Shown here: positions 25,601 through 36,100 of the stretch, in pieces
How the letters are laid out: every line of letters starts with the position of its first letter
How positions within the stretch are numbered: the first letter of the stretch is position 1
NCBI RefSeq assembly: GCF_009914755.1
Contig: NC_060927.1
Direction: 5' to 3' (one strand)
From: the human T2T-CHM13v2.0 reference genome, Homo sapiens
DNA: 64,000 bases
Made by a program: the position numbers and the translations under genes
The notes under the pieces: generated by a model
The model's input: the letters and a program-made list of their open reading frames with translations, nothing else
Database searches by the model: none
Told to the model about the DNA's origin: nothing

Positions 25601-28600
25601 CCCGGGGGTGTCATACTGGTAGTCGAGGCTGGACGGGAGGATGAGGGGGGCGGGAGGGCCCTCAAGCTCTGCTGAGTCTCCATCACCTGAGAGGAGGGTG
25701 GAAGTGGAGAAGGCGGGTGCGTCACCCCCCGTCCACTCGTCCGCCTCGGGCAGCTCGCCGCCTTCTCTCGTGAGCCAGTCCAGGGCGGGCTTCACGGAGC
25801 CCATGGCCCCTGGGAAAGTGGTGGCAGGAACAGTGGCAGGGGGCAGGTCCAGGGGCACTGTGGGATGAAGAGCCTCGGGGCCAGGGTCTGCAGGGGGCAC
25901 TGCTGCTACCTCTGACGGTGACAGCGGGGAGGCCAAGAGGTCCTCAGGTGTGGCTGAGGGTCTGAAGTCAGTGGGGGCAGGGACAGCGGTTCCAGGTCCA
26001 TTTTGGGGGCTGGGAGGGGAGGGCTCCTCATGGAGAGGCGACCCTGTGGAGCCAGGGGAAGATATGGAGCCAGAACCTGCCCATGGCCCCCAGGGGCTGA
26101 GCAGGGAAGGACTAGCCCCAGGTGAGATGTCCGAAGCTGTGGCTGTGGAGGGAGCCCCAGGCTCCACGGGAAGGGTGTCAGGAGCAGGGGTGGCCAGGGC
26201 TTTGGGGGCTGTGGGTGGGGAGGGGCTGGGTCCACCTCTTGCAGGAGGGTCTGGGGAGACAAGCGGGCTCTGAAGGGGGAGGCAGAGGAAGACAGGAAGG
26301 GCCACTCAGCAGGCAGGCGCGGGACAGGAGGCAGGCAGGCACAGTGTATGTTAAGAGGAAAGGAGACCAAGGAAAAGAGAAATAAAAACAGCCCATTAAT
26401 TCTCCACTGGAGAAAACTGCGGGGGAAGGCTCCAGGGGTGTCTGTGCCGAGGTGGGGCATGAAGGCCAGACATCCCCTGCCTCTCAGCTACAAATGCCCT
26501 CTCCCAAAACAGGCGGGATGTATCGGCGGCTGTTCTCCAGGGAGTCCGTCACATACAGCGGCTCTGGTGCTCAGGACAGAGCCTCACATAGGCAGACAGA
26601 CCCCGGGCCATGAGAAAAACTCTCACACTGGGACCCCCAACCCCCCCGGTATGGCCCAGCCCAAAGTCACACTCACCTGATGGCTTGCAACCATGGGCCC
26701 AGCATCACACGAGGCCTTGTGGGTGCACAGGTGCTGCCAGACACACCAGTTACACCCCCAGCGGCTGCTCACACAGGCCTGGCACCTGCACAGAGCACAG
26801 CCATGGGGCAAGGGTCGCCACAGGGAAGCCCAGGCCTGGGGACAGGGCGAGGAACTCACTGCGCAGATGGGCGGAGTTCAGTGACCGCCACACAGTCATA
26901 GAAAGAGAGGGAAGTTTTGGCGATCACAACAGCGCCAAATCTGAGCTCCACGCTCACGGATACGTAGTCTGCAGAGGGGGAGAGAGGGCCAGGGTTAAGC
27001 AGCAAGGAGGTGCACTCAGACCCAGAGCCGATATCCTGAGCCCTTGAATGGGGAAGAGGACCCAGGATGAGGGAATACAGTCCAAGGGCACAGAATGGAG
27101 GCTTCAGGTGGTTGGGGAGTGGGAGGACCCAGAGAAAGGCATCCATTCATGGCTCTTTGCCTGGATTCACACTTTAACCCCACCGCATCCCCTGAAGCAG
27201 GGGCTGGCCCCCACCAGGCTGGCCCATTCTCTCACCCACCGGCTCCTCTCGGCAGCACTGGGGCCTCACTAGGGTCTGGGGAGGGGCACATCACACCAGA
27301 ACCAGTCAGCAGGGCAGGACTCTGATGTTCCCCAAAGTGGCAGGAATATGACTCCCCTGGCCACAGGGGTGGCAGGTCTGGCACTGATAGGAAAACCTGC
27401 CAAGAGAGCCAGGGACACACTGTTGGGGCTAGTGGGCAGCAGACCAGGGCTCACATTTATGGGACACCCAATGTGGGCAGGCACCAGCAATCAACAGCCC
27501 TCAGGCCTCCCCAAACACCCTCTGGCCTGAGTTAGAAATAGATGGGGAAACTGAGCTCCTAAAAGAAGTGACTTGTGTGAGGCCATGTGGTATCTGGCAT
27601 GTCCGACATCAGGATCCAAGATCTCTACCCAGACCTTGATGCCCAGAGCCCTCCCCACCAGGGCCCTGCCTATCTGATCATTCACCTCCCTCGTCTCCTC
27701 TCGGCTGATGTTGGCAGGACTCATGGCTGCCACTTGCAGACAGCCCAGCTCAGGCTGGAAGCTCCATAGCCACTGCTCTGGGCCCTGGCCCCTCGAGCAC
27801 TCAGAACGGCGACTGCACCTGGGCGAGATGACCAGTGTCTATCTGTGACCCTCATGGGCCACTGGGAGTTCATAGGGTAGGGACTCCTACAATCTGGAGG
27901 ACCTGGGCAGGGCCCTAGAGTGGGCATGATAGAGGCTCCTGTGTCTGCCCTGGCAGGGCACTGATGCCCAGTGCAGAGGATGGGGGTGAGGAATTGGGGT
28001 GTCTGGGGATCAGGGGTTGAGAGTCATGGTCTAAGGGTCAGGAATTCTGGACAGGACAATTATGCAGGAGCATTGTGGGCTTGAGGCTGGGGCTGGGATG
28101 GGGTCAGAAATCTGACCTGCCAAGGAGCACGCACCACCCACAGTATGGGTCCCTGTGAGCAAGGCAAGATGCACAGTCCAGGTGCTGAGCACAGGAAGCC
28201 ACAGGAACCTTCAGAAGCTGTGACAGCAAAGAGGACCTGAGGCCAGCAATCCAAACACCAGTGGCTCACCCACAAGTGGGTCCCTGGCCCCACCCAGAGG
28301 CCCCTCCCAGCAGTCATGCCCTGGCTTGTGCCTGGCACTCACTGTGCTCTGGGTCATGACATACAGGTGCTCAAAGGTCCCATCAAAGGTGAGGTCTCTG
28401 CTCACTGCAGACCCCTGCTGGATGCTCTGTGTGGAGTATGGGTGGCCATCGCTCCCTGGGCCCAAGTAGACCTGGGATCAGAGACCACAGGGTCTGGGAC
28501 CCAAGTCCATGGCCAGAGGCCCAAAGCCCTCCCCTCCTCCACCCAATCGAAGTAATTTACAAATAGAATTTCCTCCTAGGCAGTCACAGGTCATACCAAC

Positions 28601-30623
28601 TGGCCTAGCGGGGATGGAGGAAAGTCACAGGTAAACACCACCCAGTCCTGGGGAGAGGAGCTCAGGTCATCTCTCCTGGCCCAGGGGTCACAGGGATAGC
28701 TTAAACCAGGCTGGGTCCCTAGCAATCTGTTCCCTCCAGACTCTGGGGCAGGGGCCAGTACTTCCTGTGGGCTCACCCTGTGCAGCTGCCCTTGACTATC
28801 ACCCAGGAAAGCGATGGTGTGTCCATCTTCCATGGTGACTGCCACAGCTGTTAGCTGAATCCCTGGCCACTCCAGAATTGGTGTGGCTTCCAGCGGGACC
28901 CGGCTGGCCATGGGGCTGGGCGTGTGGTCTGAGCCACAGGGATAAGCATCCAGGGTGTCCTATAGGCAGCAAGAAGCATCAGGAAGGCCCTCCCTGGATA
29001 ACCTCCTCGGCCGCATCGTCCCTGGACAACCTCATTCCCTCCCCCAGCCGCTCTGGTAGCTCTCCCTGTACAACTGTGTTTTCTCTGCTGGCCCTCCTGG
29101 GACAACCTCATCCCCGCCCCCAGTCTCTCTTCCCTTTTTTATCCATCCTGAGGCTACAGCTCATCAATCCCGACCTCACCTTCCTCTCCTGCTCAAGAAC
29201 CAAAGGTCTCATTCCATTCTAGGTCCCTGTCCCTACCCAAGAACCCCCAAACACCCTCCCAATCCACCGACACAAGTGCCACCCCTCCAGCATCCTGGTC
29301 CAAGCCCATCCAGACACTGCTGCCACCCGCATGCCAGATTTGTGGTAAGGTACCCTTCCACTGCCCAGGCAACATAGGAAGCACTTAATATTTGCTGATC
29401 TGATCATCCTCGTGCTACCACCAGCTGCCCTCGGACTCTCTGGGCAGCTCCTTGGCTGCAAATGCTTGGCCAGTGGCCTCAGAGAGGCGGAAAAGTGGGG
29501 CAATACTGGAACTCACCACTGGCAGCTGTGCACAGTCAGAATTGACATCATACTCGATGTAGGCCACCTCGGTCCCATCCTCAGCACGACCCTCCCGGGT
29601 GTAGCAGGCATCTCGCGTGCGATTAGCAAGCCGGTCCACCTCATCCAGGGGGAAGGCACAGAGGGCAGAGGCTCCAGATGCCCCAGCAGCCGCCGATGGG
29701 GGCCGGCCCACAGTGGGGGGTGCAGCCGAGGAGAAAGCTGCAAAGAGCACCTCCCCATGCGCCACCTCCCTGGACGTGGCCACAGCTGCAGCCTGGATCA
29801 GCCCGTAGCGGCCACCTTCGCAGGCCAGAGGCAACTCCACATAGGAGTAGTAGTGCTGGTCCCGGAGACACACTCGAGATACATAGGCACGAAAAGCTCT
29901 AGACTGAGCCTGCAGGTCCCGCCGCAGGAACAGGAAGTAGGCGCTGGCCCCACGTGCAAAGGCACTCACGAAGTGGTGGCTGTACTCGGAGAGGCGGCCC
30001 ACTGCCAGCTTGGCTGTCTCCTCATAGGAGAAGGCAGCTTGGGGGTCGGGCGGCCACAGGGCCCGGGTTGTGATGGGTGGAATGCCACCCCCCACACCCC
30101 TGCTGGTGTATCCTCGCCCCACAAACAGGAGGGGCTCCCCTGCCAAGCCCTGGGCTACCAGCCCCACCGTGCTGACCGCAGGATCATTGGCAGCCACATA
30201 TTGTGTGTCCCCAGGCCGCTCTGGCCGCAGCAGCAGCTGCTCGAGCTGCCCCAGGCGCCGCTGTTCACAGACCCCCTGGTGCACGCTCCCGCATACCACC
30301 AGGGCCCCTGGGCTCACCAGGAGCAGCTGATTCGGGTTGTTGGTAGGCTGGGCCTGGGGGCACTCATCAGGCATCACAGGTGGCAGGCAGTCCCTGCTGT
30401 CTAGCACAGGGCCGGTGGACACTGTGGCCTCCAGCTGCAGCCCAGGGCTCAGCTGGAACAGGAAGTTGGTAGCCCCCAGGTAGAGGGTGCCTGAGGTGGG
30501 GTCCCTTGCCAGGTGCTGCAGATACGTGCCATTGGGAGTGAATGCAGTTGGTGGAAGGGGCTGGAGGGTGAGGACCCACCCGGCCCAGAGAGCCTGGAGA
30601 AGAGCTGGGCCCAGAGCAGGCAT
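10496..30623 (-). CDS. PLXNB1: Plexin-B1, semaphorin-4D receptor (Sema, PSI, IPT, TM, split GAP with Rho-binding domain, C-terminal PDZ motif VTDL); 36 coding exons
   Basis: ATG 30623 ([10 protein letters not shown]...), TAG 10496-10498 (...ENKVTDL*). All exons have GT/AG ends with consistent phases and total 6408 nt (2135 aa). RRRR convertase site at 21239-21250; TM segment in the 19682-19830 exon. Confidence 0.99.
11734..11808 (-). CDS. PLXNB1: PLXNB1 exon 37
   Basis: [25 protein letters not shown], 75 nt. Confidence 0.95.
12833..12908 (-). CDS. PLXNB1: PLXNB1 exon 36
   Basis: YYADIRQ...LAELSW, 76 nt. Confidence 0.95.
13037..13101 (-). CDS. PLXNB1: PLXNB1 exon 35
   Basis: [22 protein letters not shown], 65 nt. 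Confidence 0.95.
14020..14325 (-). mobile_element. AluJ-like element in PLXNB1 intron 34
   Basis: Alu consensus. Confidence 0.9.
15340..15487 (-). CDS. PLXNB1: PLXNB1 exon 34 (GAP, LRFW motif)
   Basis: [13 protein letters not shown]...HKLGR, 148 nt. Confidence 0.95.
15582..15742 (-). CDS. PLXNB1: PLXNB1 exon 33
   Basis: [10 protein letters not shown]...HIWKTN, 161 nt. Confidence 0.95.
15917..16089 (-). CDS. PLXNB1: PLXNB1 exon 32
   Basis: [10 protein letters not shown]...[11 protein letters not shown], 173 nt. Confidence 0.95.
16308..16392 (-). CDS. PLXNB1: PLXNB1 exon 31
   Basis: [10 protein letters not shown]...YVPGE, 85 nt. Confidence 0.95.
16467..16570 (-). CDS. PLXNB1: PLXNB1 exon 30 (RBD)
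   Basis: [11 protein letters not shown]...NTLQHYK, 104 nt. Confidence 0.95.
16880..17048 (-). CDS. PLXNB1: PLXNB1 exon 29 (RBD)
   Basis: TLNALLAVG...PRTLDV, 169 nt. Confidence 0.95.
17875..18021 (-). CDS. PLXNB1: PLXNB1 exon 28
   Basis: [10 protein letters not shown]...EYRPL, 147 nt. Confidence 0.95.
18250..18316 (-). CDS. PLXNB1: PLXNB1 exon 27
   Basis: [22 protein letters not shown], 67 nt. Confidence 0.95.
18454..18632 (-). CDS. PLXNB1: PLXNB1 exon 26 (GAP)
   Basis: FIHTLESQ...PKLMLRR, 179 nt. Confidence 0.95.
18754..18971 (-). CDS. PLXNB1: PLXNB1 exon 25
   Basis: DLMTEMTDL...KLFLTK, 218 nt. Confidence 0.95.
19081..19181 (-). CDS. PLXNB1: PLXNB1 exon 24
   Basis: [12 protein letters not shown]...CKKEFT, 101 nt. 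Confidence 0.95.
19413..19606. mobile_element. MER58A-like hAT DNA transposon in PLXNB1 intron 23
   Basis: gaacacagccac...cagagacc...ggcctgcaaagc.aaaatatttactctctggcc.tttacaga signature. Confidence 0.75.
19682..19830 (-). CDS. PLXNB1: PLXNB1 exon 23 (transmembrane helix)
   Basis: VQMGNLRF...[22 protein letters not shown], 149 nt. Confidence 0.95.
19907..20083 (-). CDS. PLXNB1: PLXNB1 exon 22
   Basis: [10 protein letters not shown]...LPEFT, 177 nt. Confidence 0.95.
20811..21053 (-). CDS. PLXNB1: PLXNB1 exon 21
   Basis: [10 protein letters not shown]...VFSVE, 243 nt. Confidence 0.95.
21188..21359 (-). CDS. PLXNB1: PLXNB1 exon 20 (contains RRRR cleavage site)
   Basis: GGREICVRG...GRRRRVV...CSSQQ, 172 nt. 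Confidence 0.95.
21595..21771 (-). CDS. PLXNB1: PLXNB1 exon 19
   Basis: [11 protein letters not shown]...TKSFL, 177 nt. Confidence 0.95.
22043..22179 (-). CDS. PLXNB1: PLXNB1 exon 18 (IPT)
   Basis: [18 protein letters not shown]...QPCHL, 137 nt. Confidence 0.95.
22358..22463 (-). CDS. PLXNB1: PLXNB1 exon 17
   Basis: LVCITGASG...DFAYQ, 106 nt. Confidence 0.95.
23923..24074 (-). CDS. PLXNB1: PLXNB1 exon 16 (IPT)
   Basis: [18 protein letters not shown]...YEVSS, 152 nt. Confidence 0.95.
24203..24375 (-). CDS. PLXNB1: PLXNB1 exon 15 (PSI)
   Basis: [13 protein letters not shown]...APLIHS, 173 nt. Confidence 0.95.
24461..24554 (-). CDS. PLXNB1: PLXNB1 exon 14
   Basis: [10 protein letters not shown]...AEGLH, 94 nt. 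Confidence 0.95.
24929..25051 (-). CDS. PLXNB1: PLXNB1 exon 13
   Basis: DGPGDNEC...TCQQHQ, 123 nt. Confidence 0.95.
25256..25378 (-). CDS. PLXNB1: PLXNB1 exon 12
   Basis: [12 protein letters not shown]...NLHLFQ, 123 nt. Confidence 0.95.
25589..26269 (-). CDS. PLXNB1: PLXNB1 exon 11 (Pro/Ser/Thr-rich insert)
   Basis: [11 protein letters not shown]...PGLWEL, 681 nt. Confidence 0.95.
26677..26785 (-). CDS. PLXNB1: PLXNB1 exon 10 (PSI)
   Basis: [14 protein letters not shown]...VASHQ, 109 nt. Confidence 0.95.
26860..26968 (-). CDS. PLXNB1: PLXNB1 exon 9
   Basis: [10 protein letters not shown]...LRPSAQ, 109 nt. Confidence 0.95.
27240..27396 (-). CDS. PLXNB1: PLXNB1 exon 8
   Basis: [10 protein letters not shown]...VLPRGA, 157 nt. 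Confidence 0.95.
27686..27818 (-). CDS. PLXNB1: PLXNB1 exon 7
   Basis: [10 protein letters not shown]...REETRE, 133 nt. Confidence 0.95.
28117..28217 (-). CDS. PLXNB1: PLXNB1 exon 6 (PSI)
   Basis: [18 protein letters not shown]...CGWCVLLGR, 101 nt. Confidence 0.95.
28343..28471 (-). CDS. PLXNB1: PLXNB1 exon 5
   Basis: VYLGPGSDG...VMTQST, 129 nt. Confidence 0.95.
28777..28959 (-). CDS. PLXNB1: PLXNB1 exon 4
   Basis: DTLDAYPCG...QGQLHR, 183 nt. Confidence 0.95.
29517..30623 (-). CDS. PLXNB1: PLXNB1 exon 3 coding part (signal peptide, Sema domain)
   Basis: MPALGPALL...SDCAQLPV, 1107 nt; acceptor before 30629, donor GTGAG. Confidence 0.97.
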
Positions 30624-31292
30624 GGTCACCTGGCAGGAAGAGAGGTCGAGAGAGTGGGGCTCACGTGGCCGCCAGAGCACCCTGGGGCCACTGGTAAGGG
30701 ATAGGACTGTGGCATTGCCAAGATGCTCCTCCTAACCTAGGGGGTGAGCAGAGGAGGACCAGGCTTCTTAGATAGGCACTATGTCCAGGATGACCCCAGG
30801 ACCACACACTAGAACAAGGTCAGAAATAGGAGACACTTCCTAGACAACACTGCCCATTCTCTGCAGGCACGATTCTCTCAGGAGACCTGCACCCCACTCA
30901 CCATCCCCCCAGATCAGAGGGTGAGGGGCTGAGAGGCCATGCCCAGGAAGCAGGGTCTGGATGGGGCAGAAGAGCAGGTGATGGGAAGGAGGGGCCCAGA
31001 CCCCAAGAAAGGAGAGGCTCTACATGGATGAGGGTTTCCCGGGCAGAAGAAGGAAGGAGAGGGAGGTCTCCTGAACCAGCAGAATGTTAGAATCAAGACA
31101 AGAGTTGGGTGCAGGGCCTTTCAGGCCAGGAATCCAGAAGGGTAATAACCACAGAACCAACAGGCCTGAGAGATGGGAAGAGGTTCCAGCTCGGAGGGGT
31201 GGGGCCTGAAGGGCTGCCCCCCACCTCCGAGAGCCCTCAGAATAGGTAGGAGTCATGCTGCTCCTAGATATCTAGTGTGAGGTCAGGCTCAC

Positions 31293-31345
31293 CTGGCAGG
31301 GCCGGCTGGATCAGGAGACAACAGCATGACCCGTGTGGGAGTCAC
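31293..31345 (-). other. PLXNB1: PLXNB1 5' UTR exon 2 (53 nt)
   Basis: ctag|GTGACTCC...CCTGCCAG|gtgagc. Confidence 0.8.
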
Positions 31346-31816
31346 CTAGCAGGCGGGAAAGCCGAGTGTGAAGCCGGGGCCTGGGCTGCAGGCACGTGGA
31401 AGCCCTGGGCTCCCCACCGGGGAGGCAGCACAGAAGCACCCCCTCCCCACCGCCCAGCCTGCTGGTGGAGCTGGGCCCAGCCTGGCCCCTGGCCACCAAA
31501 CACATTCCACAGAGGACGCCTCCTCAGAGCCCACATGAGGAGGGGGAGGGCAGCAGAGCCAGGCACCCGAGGGGCCTGGGAAAGGTCAGCTAGGAAGGAG
31601 CCCCGTGGCTGGCAGGGCCCAGCCAGGCCCCCAGCATGGCCTTCTCCCTGTGAGGTCCCTCTCTCTGCTCAAACTCCACCCTGTAAAGGCACCCAGGTAC
31701 ACACCCTCTACACAGCCAGGGGCTGTCCCAGCCCAAAGGGCCACCAGCGCTTCAGCAGACAGGCAGTCGCACAGCAAGATACATACACACCACCCACCCT
31801 GTATGTATATGCCTAC

Positions 31817-31817
<1 letters not shown>

Positions 31818-31853
<36 letters not shown>

Positions 31854-31860
31854 AGAGAGA
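31818..31860. repeat. (CA)n(GA)5 compound microsatellite in PLXNB1 intron 1, inside a CA-rich tract (about 31780-32060)
   Basis: Direct reading. Confidence 0.95.
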
Positions 31861-34799
31861 TGCAGATGCCATCTATACACACAGCACAGTGACACACACA
31901 GACACAGCCACCCATGTTCAAACACCACATGAAGACACATCCATATAGAGACAACTCCCCCACACAGAAACACACTGCAGGCACATATGTCACACTCACC
32001 CGAGACATTCAGACCACCACTCACATTTAGACATACACACGCACACTCAGGCACACTCCCCTCGTTTGAGAGTACTTAGTTGGAGCCCTACGTACTAGAG
32101 AGCTGTAGAAGCTAGGCCATCTCTTGCTATTTCCTCTCCTGCAGTTCAGAATAGTGCCAGGGCCCAAGATGTGGGGTAAGTGGAGTGTGTCCTGGAGGAA
32201 GGTGCCATGCCTGGCTGTTCCCAGGCCCATCCCCAGGACCTCCCCAGACTTTGGGTGCCTGCTTTCCACACAGACCCCTTCTTGGGCCCCAGCTGAGGCT
32301 CCTGAGTCCCTGAACCAAGAAACTATGGCAATACCACCTTCCCCAGTGGTCTCTAGCCAGGAGCACCAAGGTTGGTGAAGTGCTGGGACAGACAATGCAT
32401 CTCAGACTGGGAGACACTTCCCCTACTTGCCTGTGCCCAGGCCACGTTGCCCAGCCCCTCCCATCACCCAGCTGCCAAGCTGTCTGTGCAAAATATCCCA
32501 AGCGCTTGCTTCTCCCAGGTCGGCTCATCCTAGCAGATGAGGCCTGAGCAGGGTACTCCTGAGGCTGCCCTGAAGTGAACAGGGCCGGGCACAAGGCTCA
32601 GGGGAGGGTCCAGCAGCCTGGTGGAAGCCGGGACACTGTGGCCACAGCCCGGTGGGAGCAGGGGGGCCGTGGTCACAGCCTGGCTGGGCACTGCTCCCGA
32701 AATAGCTTGGGGGTTTCCATTTTTAGCGTGCAGAAAACAGGGCAGCTCTATGGGAGCAGGAACAAGGCTGCCTCTGTTAGCCACCCAAGGGGGCGGGGGG
32801 AAGGGGGCAGCAGGGAAAGTCTCGAACCCGGCCAGGATCCCAGGACTGTGGCAAGACCAGGCTGCCCAAGAGCCCCCCACCTAGTTTCCAAGGGATGAGG
32901 AAAGAAAGTTTCTTCCCATGGGAAGACAGAGTCCACCTGAGGATGGGCAGAGGCCACCTCTTGCAAGGGGCTACTGTTCAATTCTCCTGCCACCGCATGC
33001 CAGGGATGGGCCTTGGGCACAGGGTCCCATAGTTAGACCAATACTCACTCCTACATGCTTACAAATATTTGCTCAGAGCCTACTGCGTGCCAAAGTTCTC
33101 CAGCCCTCAAGGGGCAGTAACAAAACCACTCCCCATATGTGAAATCAAAACTGCATTGATGCATGACAGAGCCTTGGGAGATGAAAAAATGGTTAAAAAC
33201 AAAAACAAAAAAAAAACACTGGATGAGGAGACAACAGGAAGAAATGGGCGGGATCAGAACAGCTCCTGGCCAGGCCACTGAGGAGGTCGGCCGCTGACCC
33301 ACTCCAGGGAAAGTGGTCAGGCTTCTGCCAGCAGTCTCCCTGTGAATCAGGACCTAGCACCCCTTGCCCCTCCACACATACCATGGGTGTCGGAAGGAGG
33401 ACAGAAAGAAGAGCAGTGACTTTTTCTCCTCCATTTCAGGCACATGGATTTCACTTAATCTCTGCCACAGGCCACTGAGCAGCTCCCAGCCCCTCCAATC
33501 TAGCCTCCCAACTCCCAACTTCTCAGGACTTTCCTTGAGCAGAATTGAGTACACCCCTCCCCCAAGAGCCTCTGGGGCACCCCAGAGCGGGAGGGATAAA
33601 GGCCTACCCCTCCAGTCCACACCTCTCCCACCCGATCCATGCCAGTGCTCCCCCACACATGCCCTTCGTTCCTGCCAGCCTGAACTGCAGGCTGCTTGGC
33701 TCCTCCAACCGCTGCACAGGCTCTTGCCGCTGCCTGGAATGCCCACTCCCTCGCTATCCCATTAACTCCTACACCAACCATCCTCTCCCTGGGGAGCCTC
33801 CCCTGTCCTCCCAGGCTCCTGAGGAGGCCGCTGCATGCGGTGGACAGAATGGACACACCTAGCCACCACCCTGACAGGCACGGCCGCTCTGCCTCAGGCT
33901 TTCCGAGCCTCAGATTTCCTAGTTGTACAATGGGAGGCAGGATTGCTCTGACCAGTAAACATGAAACAGTGTGTGCCTGGCATTAGTGATGCCAACCAGG
34001 GTCACCTTTCTCCCTGTTCCACCCTCCTACTCTGGACTTGAAGCTCCTTGAAGGCAGGGAGTATGGCTTCTGATTCAGAGGCCCCAGCAACTTACACAGA
34101 CTTCAGCACAGACCAGATGCTCCCTGTATGGTGAACGAACCCCCATTTCACACCCAAGAAAACCCAACAAGTAGGGGAGATAGGGGGCCCACAATCCCTC
34201 CAAGCCACTTGGTCTCTCAAAGGGAACACATTGGCCCCACTTTTATTAATGACCAGGCCAGGGCAGACTGAAAAGGCTGATCTAGAACCAGACCTCACAT
34301 CCCCAACTTACACAGCCAGGATCTCCTGCCCATTCCCAATATCTGAGGCCCTGCTCAGACTCACAGCCAAAGCCTAACTCTGCCTGTGCCCAGTGCTCCC
34401 CCACACATGCCCTGGAGTCTCTTCTGGGGCCACCCTACTCTGAACCTTTTCAGGGGGCGCAAGACTGCCCAACTTCTGTCTGTAGAGCAAGCACCTCCCG
34501 GACCCCCGTGGAGCTGTCCTCGACAACAAAAGGGGCTCACAAACCCCGCCATTCCGCACCTGCAGAGGGGCCATAGGACAGCCCACATTTGCCTTGCCTG
34601 CCAGTTAGTGGGAAACCGGCCTTCCCGTTTCACCCTCCTGCTCAGCTCCCAGGGTTCACTACAGAGGTGAGTTATTCATTGACAGTGCAGTGGTGCCCGC
34701 TGCCCGCCCTGTTTTCTGTGTGTTGAGGAGGGGTGGGGAGATCCACCATTTACCAGGCACCTGCGATGACCCAAGGCGCTCATCGATCACCCACTTAAT

Positions 34800-36100
34800 A
34801 TGTCTGTGTGTGGAGAGGAGGGTCCCCCCCACCCGCCCGGGGGTCAGGAGGCTCGAGGTCCGCCTTTGTCAGTCCCACCGGGAGCAGCCAGAAAGGGCTG
34901 TTACTACTGAGGGGAAGCCCCGACCTCCCCACTCGGCTCGTCCTTGACCCTCCCCAACCCCCAGACCCCGAGGCGAGGACCCCATCACTGGCCCTGGGAG
35001 GGCGGGGAAGGGGCCGGCCGGTCCCCGGCGGCGACGGCGAGGAGGGGGCGCGGAGGAGCAGCTCCACCTCCTCAGTCTCCCAATCGCGTTCCAGGCGGAG
35101 TCGCCAGAGTTTCCCTTCGCGCGGAGAAGTGTGGTCCCAACTCTCAAAACCAAAGCCGCCCACCACTCACCCAGGCCGCCCCTGCCCGGCGGGATCGGGG
35201 CCCCGGCCCGTTCCACCTCGGGAGCCCCGTTCCTCGCCGCCCTGGCCCCGAGCCCCGCACTCACCACCCGGCCGGGCCCCGCGGGATGTGCGCGCCGAGG
35301 CGGGCGTCGGCCGCTCCGGGCTCGGGCTCCGCGCGCAGCGGCCTCTCCCCGGGTCTGGTGGAGCCGCAGCTGTTACCCGGAGACCGAGGGGCGGAAAACT
35401 GCGCCCGCTGCCCGCCCCTCCCGCGCGGCGCTGCCACCGCCGGGAACAAAGGAGACAAAGCCGCGTCGGCCGGGCTCGTCTCCGCTCCTTCCCCCTCGCC
35501 TGCCGGGCTGCCCTCCCCCCGCCCGCCGCCCGGGCCAGGCCGGAAGCAGCCCGGAGAGCCGGGCGCGCGGCCCCGAACCGCCCGGGACCCCGCATTCCAG
35601 CCCCGCGGGCTCCGCATCGGCCGAGGGCTGGGGACCCGACCCCTCCCGCACGGGGGAGGGCGGGGGCGGGCTGCACCGCGGCGGTCGCCATGGCAACGCG
35701 GGTCGCCCGGAGGGGTGAGGAGTGAACCCCGGGAGCCAGAGCCGCCCCGCCCCGTCGGCCTCACCTGCTCGCCTCCTTGGAACCGGAACTGGGAACTTTC
35801 CTGGTTGCCAGGAGCCGAGGCGGGGGGTCGCGCTCCGCACCCGCAGGTGCTGGTGGAACAGCGTCCCGGCCTCTTCCCGCCCGTCCAGAGCCGGGTAGCA
35901 CCCGAGTCCCTCACCAGCCCGACCCGTTCTTCTGCCAGCGCCCGGCCTCGCCCCGCGCCCGGAGCTCCCTTTCCCTTCCTTACCCGGCTCCGGTGGTCAT
36001 CCTCCCCAACTTTCTTTACCTGAACTCCAAGGCGCCTTGTTTCTCCCCTGCGCACCTGGCCCTGCCCACCGCCCCTGCTCACCGCCCCTGCTCCCACTAC
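34800..36100 (-). promoter_or_regulatory. PLXNB1: PLXNB1 CpG-island promoter and non-coding first exon(s)
   Basis: Very high GC/CpG density, GC boxes, several minus-strand splice donors. Confidence 0.9.

Noticed and set aside
29412-30404. 330-aa + strand ORF
   Set aside because: Antisense shadow of GC-rich PLXNB1 exon 3; codon bias explains the lack of stops
30624-30680. N-terminal extension of PLXNB1 shown in the ORF track
   Set aside because: Sequence above 30629 is intron 2; the start is ATG 30623 followed by a signal peptide
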